Shown in pieces: positions 11,462 through 20,956 of a stretch of 20,956 nucleotides of DNA; positions within the stretch are counted from its first letter, which is position 1, and the number at the start of each line of letters is the position of its first letter. The stretch covers positions 124,001 through 144,956 of the forward strand of contig JYFJ02000329.1 in assembly GCA_000934665.2 (NCBI GenBank), in the 5' to 3' direction. The translations under genes and the position numbers were made by a program. The notes beneath the pieces are model-generated. The model ran no database searches. It was not told the origin of the DNA and saw only the letters and a program-made list of their open reading frames with translations. This DNA comes from Catajapyx aquilonaris (Eukaryota).

Positions 11462-13329
11462 ATGGTTACTGGAGCAAATCGTAATGATCGAGCACCAGCA
11501 ACGATATCACACCGCAGTGGGAACAGAACACTCGCTCCGAAAGCAATGTTAAGTGATACCATGCTGTGGTGCTTATTCTGGGTGGCAATAGTGATACTCA
11601 ACCTGTTAGGATGGGTCGTGGTGCTGGCTCCTGCTCTCCTGATCTTCTTACCATTTTGGGGCATCTGTCGCTTGCGAGTTTGGATCAGGTATGGCAAACA
11701 TAGGAGACAGTTCACAGGCATCGAATCTGCGTTCATACACGAGGAAGAAACGAGCAGGTCAACTGTGGCTGTGTTCTCGGTGCTGACGGGTGAGCATGAC
11801 CCGGATGTGGTGCATCGCTATGACCGAAAGTTGATGGTGGCCAAGAAGGAGTATCCGGATCTTGCTTTTCTGTCATGCCCGGAAAGGATCCACAGCTATT
11901 ACTACTGGAAAGAGAAACAGGAATTCAAGTTCGCGGATCACTGGATTTTGCTCGATGGTGTGAATCCGGATAGGCTGTACTCAGAGACCGAGATTTTTGA
12001 ACTGTATGGCGATCGGACTCATAACTCACCTTTTCCGGATGGGTTGCCAATGTGGCAGGTGTATTATGTGCCTAGGTTTGTGTTTGATCACGAGGTTGGG
12101 AAGCCGGATGCGGTGGAAAAAAGTTGCTACATCCTGAGGGCCCATCACAGCATTTGCGATGGGATATCTATGGGAAAGTTTATGAACAGGTAAGCACAAT
12201 TTTGGAATGGTCAGTCACAATTAACTGATTATGATAGAGTTTAAATATCTTGTAACATCCCTTGCAATTTTTTTTTCTGGGAGGCCATGACTTTTCTAGC
12301 AGAAACCGACATGGTTGGTTGGCTGTAACTTTTTCTTGGCCACTTTTGCACGATTCACTTTTTCAAACAAAAATAATGAGCTCAGCAGCTGAAAAACGCA
12401 CTTTTTTGTTGTTCCATTTTCAGATTTATGTTGGATAATACATTTGACTACAACCCGATTCCACCTCTGCCGTACATTCCGCCGTGGAAGATGTTTCTTC
12501 TCCATGCAGCAGCCATCTACAACATCCCATGGGTCACATCCCCGATGCTTTTCAGACGACTGTGGAACTGGACTCGTCTTCCTCCGCTCAACGGACGGAA
12601 GATAATCTGCACCTTGTCAGTGGACATCGAAATGGTTCGTTTCATTAAGAGAAAGGCCGGTTGTTACTTCTCAGAGGTGATCGTGTCGTCGGTTGGGGCC
12701 ACTCTGCAAGATTTCTTCAGCAAGCAAGCATTTTGTCCCGGTGTCATCAGAAGTGTCCTGACCCTAGCCTTTCCCTCCAACGACGACGCCATAATCACCA
12801 ACAACTTTGCCCTCGTCACCATCCCGTTCTCTGGTAAGAATCTGGATCCTCTTCAGCGCTTGAGGGACACGCAGAAAATGGTCCAGAAGATGAAGAAGTC
12901 CATCGACGTCCTCAGCTTCTACTGGTTCTTGAAAATCATGGGCTATCTGTTGCCATCTGCCGTTTATGGGAGGATGATTCGCTTCCTGGACGCCTTTGCC
13001 GTGGTCAGTTACGTTCCTGGTCGAGGTCCGGTTCTTTACCATCAAGGAAGAGCGGTTGCCGATGGACACTTCATCGCGCAGCATCGAGATAGGACTGGTT
13101 AGTGAAAGGAATTTGTTGCGTCTGACTTCGTCATTATTATTGTCTCCTTTCAGGGATCACAATAACGGCGATCACTTATCTCAATGTCATCAGGATCAAC
13201 TTTTTGGTGGATGGAGGACTTGTGAAAGGAAGGGAAGATGTGCAAAGGATGGCAGACGTTTTTCAGGAGAAGACACTGCAGCTGGCCAAAATGTTGGGGT
13301 ACGACGAAGAGAAGGACAAAAAAGTATAG
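11462..13329 (+). CDS. WS/DGAT-type O-acyltransferase, paralog 3 (about 525 aa; exons 11462-12189, 12424-13097, 13154-13329; start codon uncertain)
   Basis: Motifs HHSICDG, PMW, KAGCYFSEV, TNNFALV, DPLQRL and SYVPGR. Introns 12190-12423 and 13098-13153 are at the conserved positions, and the stop TAG is at 13327-13329. The first in-frame ATG is 11462, but later ATGs (MLSDTMLW) are possible starts. Confidence 0.88.
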
Positions 13330-13963
13330 AACCTGCCTTCATATGGTTTGACGCACTTCTCATGTGCCTGCAATGAGGCTTCAAGTAGTCCTATGCAACG
13401 AATATATATTAGTTAGCAGTGTCTATTTGAATATTGCATTAGACATAATTATTATGCTGCTATTTTTTGTAGCTTTTGGCACTTGCTCAGTTGCTTCCGA
13501 TATTGTATAATATGCGATTCTTCGGGTTGCTTATCAGTCAGTATTTCACGCATGGCAATGACTAAGTTGATAATGCACATTTGGTAAAGCTTAATTCATA
13601 TTCACGGCAAAACTACACTGGAAGATTTTATTAGACTTTTACAAATTAGTAGTTTACACATTAACCATTTTAGTGTGCTTTTACAATATAGGCTAGGGTA
13701 TCATCACCAACATAATAAATTACAAAATGTGTTGCACGCCTCTATCAATAGCAAATAAATATGAATTAAATTTTCCCTGTCTGATGTCCTACAGAAGAGT
13801 AAAATAGTTAGTCCATCCAGTATTCTTTGAAGCTTAAGGCAATATAACTCCCTAATTGCGGCACATGAACAAGTAAAATTTGTTGAGCGCCTTAGCATCG
13901 ATTTTAAAAACAACTGCTAGATTAGGCATGCGGTACTCTTCAGTCTGTAGTATATAGTGCATC

Positions 13964-14045
13964 CTGACCTATGTTTGTATCATTAGTCAGGACTAATGAT
14001 ACAAACAGAGGTCAGACTGTATCAGCAGGACTGCTGGTACAGTCT
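13964..14045. repeat. Two abutting inverted repeats (25-bp arms and 15-bp arms, each with a 2-nt loop and 1 mismatch)
   Basis: CTGACCTATGTTTGTATCATTAGTC-AG-GACTAATGATACAAACAGAGGTCAG (13964-14015) and AGACTGTATCAGCAG-GA-CTGCTGGTACAGTCT (14014-14045). Confidence 0.9.
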
Positions 14046-14486
14046 TAACTATATAAACAACGTCTAGGCATAGAAAATGATTACGCCTAAGGCCTAACTC
14101 CATGTACGATTTTTGTAACGCCCCTGCTTATTGACTTGTATATCTTGCAAATAAAATACGTAGACTACTATGCGGGGTAATATCAAGACAATGGAGAGCA
14201 ATCAACTGGTATTAGTCTAAATTATATCAAAACTGAGAAGATTAATATCTATCACACAGATTGTAAAACCTCTCGAACAACACATCACTAAGCTTTTTGC
14301 TGAAAAAAATATTGCACCCATTGCATTACGGCAGACCATGCAAATCACCTGTTTTCTGCAATGCCTCAAATATCCTATGACTCCAGGTATATCTTATGCA
14401 GCGGTCTTTCAGATGCGTACGAATATGAACTCCATTAGAGTCCATTCCAACGATTCGGTATAGGCATTGTAAGCATGATTAGAGAT

Positions 14487-14647
14487 ATTACATCATTTTG
14501 CCCTTGACCAAGCCCTTGAGCGCTCAGCCAACTTGACAAGATAGCAGGAACTAAAATCAGGGCACAGTACAGCTGGCTTGCGAGTAGACCTCAGGACATA
14601 TAATATTTCCTACAGCGCGGTACCTAATTCAGTAGGTGTGACTCAAA
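14487..14647 (+). promoter_or_regulatory. Upstream block conserved between the two P450 paralogs (putative proximal promoter/5'UTR), copy A
   Basis: ATTACATCATTTTGCCCTTGACCAAGCCCTTG...CCAACTTGACAAGATAGC...AGTACAGCTGGCT aligns with 18027-18163. Similarity stops upstream of this point. Confidence 0.55.
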
Positions 14648-17022
14648 ATGTTGTGGGTTATCGTGTACGGCTTTGTTGCGGCGGTGGTCGGGATCATCTC
14701 TCTGGTTGCAACGTTGGTGATTTGGAACATTAAGAGATGGGAAAGTGCAGGATTTGATGCAATACCCCCTTCAGTCACCTGGAAAAGCTACTTGAGACAA
14801 TTCCTGGTAACGAAATGCAATGGCGACGCAGATCTGGATATGTACAATTACTTAGTGCGTGCCGGTGCCAAGTGCGGAGGAGCAGTCGAAATGATGGGTT
14901 CCAATTTGTGGATTGTGGATCCGGACATGATGAGAAGCGTCTACGTCAAGAATTTCGATCACTTTGTGGACAGACCGGTATTTGAAATGGGAGGACAGGG
15001 CAGTTACATTAACCAGGCATTATCAAACCTTGTTGGGCAGCAGTGGAAGGACGTGAGGAACGTAATGTCTCCGACATTCACCTCTGGGAAAATCAAGCTG
15101 ATTTTCCAGTCCATGCCCAAATGCTGCCAGAAGCTGACAGATTTCTTCGAAAAAAAAGCTGAAACAGGAGAATCTGTGGATATGAAGGATGCCTTTGGGA
15201 GACTGGTGATGGACGTGGTGGCGATCACTTCCTTTGGGATCGACTGCGACTCCTTCAAAGATCCGGATGCGCCCTTTCCAAGGATGGCTAATAAGATGTT
15301 TAATCCAGGTGTCCTCAGATTCCTAGTCTCTATGGGCGTTATTGCTGCTCCGCGTTTTGTGAATTTCCTGCGTATGCTGCGTGTCCCTTTACCTGACTCG
15401 GACGATGTCGACCATTACTTTGCATCCGTGGTCAAAGATGCGATTGAACATCGCGAAAAGAGTGGGGTGAAAGGAAGGGACTTTCTGCAGTTGCTGATGG
15501 ACGCCAGGAAAGGAGAGTTGGACGATCTTGAGTCGGACAATTTAATCGGATACAACCCAAGTTCTGACCAGATCGACACAGAAAAACGCAAGGCCCTCTC
15601 CAAAGCAGGTATGCATATGTCACATTTTGTTATTATGTTAACATTCACTGAAGCAGATGCGGTGTAATTCCTTTTTGCAGTGCTGACGGAGCCTCTTCTG
15701 ATAGCTCAATGCGTATTACTTCTCATCGCTGGTTACGACACGACAGCTAATACATTGTCATTTGCTGCCTACGAGATGGCTGTCAACCCAGACATCCAGG
15801 AGAAATTGTATAAGGAGGTGAAGAAGGCAGCAGACAAACACGATGGGAAATTGACTTATGATGACGTCATGAGCATGGAGCTCTTGGACAAAATTATCCA
15901 TGGTGAGACACAGGCTTAATTATTTTTGCTTAACTATTAGTATTGTTAGTGTAGTAGTAGCCTAGTAGTAGTACAGTAGTAGCCTAGTAAATGTATTATA
16001 CGTGCAATGTGATTACGTTGTCATATTAATTTATACGTAAGTTCTCCATAATTTGAACATTTTTTTCGTTAACGTTTACAATATCTTTGAAAGGAAAATG
16101 CTTGCTACCTAAGAGTATTCCTAAACAGTGCTGTAGAACGCATGCCATTTCGTATTATTGGTAAATTGGAAGGAGGCAGTAATATTTTATTTTTGCTGGT
16201 GGCCTCTTATTACTGACGTGTGCCGTTAGAAATTATTGCTTTCAAATTATGCATGTCGGGTTGACCGAGAAGGCTATTGTTGCAGCAGATAAACTGCGTT
16301 TTATCTTAAGCACTGACACAAGCCAGTCTCATCCTGTCTGTAAATCTCACATTTTGCAGCCATTAAAAGCACACCATATCATTACACGAGGTATTTCGTA
16401 ATGTTTACCTGATATTTTTGCACTCGGGCTATACTCCTAGACCTCAGCAGGCATGAGCCTCACTAAATATTAACGCTTGCTAAGAAATTGTTCTAAAATT
16501 ATTTCAGAAACACTACGTCTTCACACTATTGCAACTAGAGTTGCCAGGGCCTGCACCAAAGATTTGCAGGTGCCCGGGACAAATGTTACCATTAAAAAGG
16601 GGACGACAGTGATGTTTCCTGCTTTCGCTGTACATCGCGACGAGCGTTATTTCCCCAATCCGACGAAGTTTGATCCTGAGAGATTCAGCTCTGAAGAGAA
16701 GGGAAAAAGGTCCCCATACGTTTATCAACCTTTTGGACATGGACCTAGAAATTGCATAGGTATGACAAGATTGCCATTATTATCTGTGTGCCAGAGTACC
16801 TATTACTCACAATCAGTGCAGGTTCTCTAATGCTGGTCCTTGTTTCCCTGAACAGGAATGCGTTTCGCACTGATGGAAGTCAAAACAATATTGGCTTACA
16901 CGATCCTCAACTTCCGTCTTCATCCTACAAAAAAGACAACAATTCCGATGAAATATGCCTTAATTGCCATTCTGCTAAGGGCCAGAGAGGGAGTGTGGCT
17001 GAGGCTTGAAAAAAGAAAATGA
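14648..17022 (+). CDS. Cytochrome P450, CYP3 clan (CYP6/CYP9-like), paralog A (533 aa; exons 14648-15608, 15681-15902, 16508-16759, 16856-17022)
   Basis: N-terminal membrane anchor, KNFDHFVDR, WKDVR...SPTFTSGKIK (C-helix region typical of the CYP3 clan), I-helix AGYDTT, ETLR, FDPERF and heme motif FGHGPRNCIG-MRFA. Three phase-1 GT-AG introns give an intact frame to TGA at 17020-17022. Confidence 0.95.
15947..15990. repeat. Imperfect (GTA)n microsatellite in P450-A intron 2
   Basis: GTAGTAGTAGCCTAGTAGTAGTACAGTAGTAGCCTAGTAA, with two TAGCCTA interruptions. Confidence 0.7.
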
Positions 17023-18026
17023 CTTGAACGATAAAATCAGTTATAAAAGTTCTTGGCAAATAGGATTCTTTGCACAAAATGTTTAAAATCAACCATTTTA
17101 AAATGGTCGTTCACAATTATGTTTGCTTCATATATAGGTACCGGTACTTCACAGTATCTCATTTCAATGAATTACCGCATAGAAATTATTGCATGTATTC
17201 CTCTTCAAAATGATACTATATGCAAGGAGGTTTAAATGGTGCGATTAAATCTTCAGTGTAGGCGTAATTTCCAAAACTAACCAATAAATTATATAAAATG
17301 ACTGCAAGGACATAGTCACCAAGACGTGGAAATACAGCGTGCAGAGTTAGTCAATTCCCATTTATGAACTGGACTATACACTCATAACTCCTCGACCATG
17401 CCATTTTTTTCATAACAGCTTTGTTGGTGAGACGAAGAATATTAAGCACTGGAAATAAAACATTAGACTGATTAGTGAACTGATGTTATATTACACTATG
17501 CATGAAAATTGCGTCAATTTATCACAAAACGTACAATGTGCCCTTTCCGTTAAGTTTTTTTTGTTGTCATAACGGTGCATAGCACTATTAGTGCAATATT
17601 TTCGGCCTTCTATCAATCTAGAAAGTACTAAGTTAATATCCTAACAATTGCCATGGCGCAGTATCATATTCTCCATTATCACATTATGTTCCAGATTTTA
17701 CCGTACTGGAAAGTGTCACAAGAGGATGGAGATAATATTTTTAGTGCTCTTCACACAGCCAAACGGTTGTAGTGCACCTCACGTCTTGCGCTCAACAATG
17801 ATGCCATTATGTCTAGAAGTATGTAGACTCTTTGTCTTCTCAGAGTGACGGCACAACAGATGAAGAGTAAATTAGGACCTGTGAAGCATTGCATAAGGTC
17901 ACGTGGGCTGTGCAGACCTTGGGTAACGTCACCCTTTTAATTTCCAGATGCCTATCAGCTCTATACCTACAGGTACAGTACGTTCCATCGACTGCGGAGT
18001 CATTGTGTACGTAATGTTTGTATACC

Positions 18027-18163
18027 ATTACATCATTTTGTCCTTGACCAAGTCCTTGTCAGCTCCTCCAACTTCACCAGATAGCCGAAACTAAAGGCAG
18101 AGTACAGCTGGCTCGGGAGCAGAACATCTTGCTACAGCAGTGCAATAATAGAAGTTAAGCAAA
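18027..18163 (+). promoter_or_regulatory. Upstream block conserved between the two P450 paralogs, copy B
   Basis: ATTACATCATTTTGTCCTTGACCAAGTCCTTG...CCAACTTCACCAGATAGC...AGTACAGCTGGCT aligns with 14487-14647. Confidence 0.55.
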
Positions 18164-20690
18164 ATGTTGTGGGTTATCGGGTACCTCTTTGTGGCGGCAG
18201 TGCTCGGGATCATCTTTCTGTTTACAGCGGTGGTAATCTGGAACACTCAGGGATGGAAAAGTGCAGGATTTCCCGTAACACCCCCTTCTTTCCTCGTGAA
18301 AATTTACCTGAAACAATTCCTGGTAACGAAATCCAACTGGGATGCAGATCTGGATATTTACAATTACTTTGTGAGTACCGGTGCCAAGTGCGGAGGAGCC
18401 GTCGAAATGATGGGTTCCAATTTGTGGATTGTGGATCCGGACATGATGAGAAGCATCTACATTAAGGATTTCGATCACTTTGTGGACAGACCTGTATTTG
18501 AAATAGGCGGAAAGGAAAATTACATTAACCAGGCATTATCCAACCTTCTTGGGCAGCAGTGGAAGGACGTGAGGAACGTAATGTCTCCGACATTCACCTC
18601 TGGAAAAATCAAACTGATTTTCCAGTCTATGCCCAAATGCTGCCAGAAGCTGACAGATTTCTTTGAGAAAAGGGCTGAAATGAGAGAATCTGTGGATATG
18701 AAGGATGCCTTTGGGAGGATTGTCATGGACGTGGTGGCGGTTTCTTCCTTTGGGATCGAATGCGACTCCTTCAAACATCCGGATGCGCCTTTTCCACGGA
18801 TGGCTAATAAGATGCTGAATCCAGGTCTCCTCGGATTCGCACTACAAATGGCTTCCTTTACTGCGCCCCGTTTTGTGAACTTATTGCGTATGCTGCGTGT
18901 CCCTTTACCTGAATCAAACGAGGTCAACGACTACTTTGCATCAGTGGTAAAAGATGCGATTGAACATCGCGAAAAAAGTGGGGTCAAAGGAAGGGACTTT
19001 CTGCAGTTATTGATGGACGCCAGGAAAGGAGAGTTGGACGATCTTGAGTCGGACAATCTAATCGGGTACAATCCCAGTTCCGAGCAGGTCGCTGCAGAAA
19101 AACGCAAGGCCCTTTCCAAAGCAGGTATAATTATTATATAAACGTACAAATAATTATTATATTATTGTATTAAATTATTGTATATACTCGTACATTAGTA
19201 AGTTACATATCAACTTATTGTTATACTGTCTTTTATACTATATTATAATATCTATTCATTATATTACTATCTATTGTACTATCTTTTCATGCGCTGTAGC
19301 AGATGCCGCGTAATTTCTTTTTGCAGTGTTGACAGAGCATCTTCTGATAGCTCAATGCATATTACTTTTGGTCGCTGGTTATGAAACGACAGCTAACACA
19401 TTGTCATTTGCTGCCTACGAGATGGCTCTCAACCCGGACATCCAGGAGAAGTTGCATGAGGAGGTGAAGGAAGCAGCGGACAAACACGATGGCCAATTGA
19501 CATATGATGACGTTATGAACATGGAGCTATTGGACAAAATTATCAATGGTGAGACACAGGTTTAAGCGTAAGAATAATTGGTAGGTCTATTATTATTAAT
19601 GATACATTTGACTTCAGGTATAACAGCCTTTAAGGGATCGATGAAATCAGTGCCCTGTAACCGAGATATCTTTTTCCAAATCGCCACTTTCGCAACGAAG
19701 TTTTCTCCCTGCCATTTGCTATAATGCATCCTTTTGCACTACTGCAACCAAGTAATACAACTACCGATGTGAAACAAGGTTCAAAATGTGCGAGGATTTA
19801 TGGGAATTGAGCATATAGGCCTAATATAATATGGATAAGTGCTCCATGATTTCAACGATTTTCGTAAGAGGTTGCAATGTTTTCCTAGCGATATTGTTAC
19901 CAGAGCTCTCCTAAACAATGCTGCAGAACGTACGTATGTTGCATTTGTTGTCAATTGTAATGGTACATAATGTTATTTGATGCTGGAACATTGTTACTGA
20001 CTCATGATGGTACGGTCGGTAGTAATTATTACTGATTACGGTAGTGTCAGATAGACCTACAAAGCTGTAGCCTATGAACGATTCTTTCACTTTCTGTCAC
20101 AAGTCAGTCTGATCCTTTCTGTCAACGTGAGTGGCAAGAGGTTCCGCAAATACTTATAACTCCTGATAAGAGACTCTCTTATTTCAGAAACACTACGTCT
20201 ACACAATCCTGCAACGAAGGTCGGCAGGACCTGCACCAAAGATTATCAGGTTCCCGGGACAAATGCCACCATTAAAAAGGGGATGACAGTGATGTTTCCT
20301 GCTTTCGCTATACATCGCGACGAGCGTTATTTCCCCAATCCGATGAAGTTTGATCCTGAGAGATTCAGCTCTGAAGAGAAGGCAAAGAGGTCCCCATACG
20401 TTTATCAACCTTTTGGACATGGACCTAGAAATTGCATAGGTATGACAATAATTCCATTATAGTTTATGTGCCAGCATATCTATAGTGAGTGTGGGTTGCT
20501 AATGGTAGTATTGCTTTCCTGAACAGGAATGCGTTTTGCCTTGATGCAAGCCAAAACAATCCTGGCTTACACCATCCTCAACTTCCGCCTTAATCCTACA
20601 GAGAAGACAACGATTCCAATAAAATACGCCTTATCTTTTGCGCTAAAGGCTAAAGGGGGGATATGGCTGCGACTTGAAAAGAGAAAATGA
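18164..20690 (+). CDS. Cytochrome P450, CYP3 clan, paralog B (532 aa; exons 18164-19124, 19327-19548, 20188-20439, 20527-20690)
   Basis: Exon sizes 961/222/252/164 nt versus 961/222/252/167 nt in paralog A. Motifs WKDVR, AGYETT, ETLR, FDPERF and FGHGPRNCIG-MRFA are intact. Stop TGA at 20688-20690. Confidence 0.95.
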
Positions 20691-20718
20691 TTGGAGCCGT
20701 GGTACCAGTTATAGTCTA

Positions 20719-20956
20719 CTAGCAGCGGTACCCGTTCTTCGCACGGGAAAAAAAGAGCGTGGATAATTACACCGAAATCTTCTTAGATCTCAAGCAATAT
20801 TAAATGCAAAACTGCTCATTCCCTTGCATATGTAGGCATTGGAAGGGTGTAAAAATTCCGGTTTGTTTGCGTAATAAAGAGCCACGCAACTATGGCTATG
20901 TGGTGATCAGAATACAAAAAGGTGGGACAGATGGAGAGAGAAACAAAGAGGAAAAA
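20719..20956 (-). mobile_element. Helitron-like element 3' terminus (extent into the window end uncertain)
   Basis: The minus strand reads CCCGTGCGAAGAACGGG-TACCGCTG-CTAG|T: a GC-rich hairpin (20731-20747) ending 12 nt before the element end, a terminal CTAG (20719-20722), then T. This is the canonical Helitron 3' signature. Confidence 0.65.

Noticed and set aside
19630..19890. TTAA-GGG-starting transposon-like segment in P450-B intron 2
   Set aside because: It appears absent from the paralog A intron, but I found no matching opposite terminus or TSD, so it cannot be supported as an element.
1..20956. Prokaryotic operon, CRISPR array or contamination
   Set aside because: Spliceosomal introns in every gene, microsomal-type P450s and SINEs show this is eukaryotic nuclear DNA.

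Overview
Eukaryotic genomic DNA, most likely from an arthropod (short GT-AG introns, CYP3-clan P450s, a tRNA-derived SINE); the species cannot be named from the sequence. Six spliced genes lie on the + strand. Three are paralogous WS/DGAT-type (HHxxxDG) O-acyltransferases of about 507-525 aa with two shared introns. One is a 5-exon, 365-aa gene I do not recognise, missed by the ORF track, with all four introns in phase 0. Two are tandem CYP3-clan cytochrome P450s (533 and 532 aa) whose differences cluster in the putative substrate-recognition regions. The arrangement is a candidate lipid oxidation/esterification gene cluster; this is inference only. The non-coding DNA holds two inverted SINE copies, a 31-bp palindrome with an 8-bp direct repeat resembling a P-superfamily excision footprint, a double hairpin upstream of the first P450, a Helitron-like 3' end just after the last P450 stop codon, and at least 17 TA-GGC/GCC/GGCC-TA motifs.
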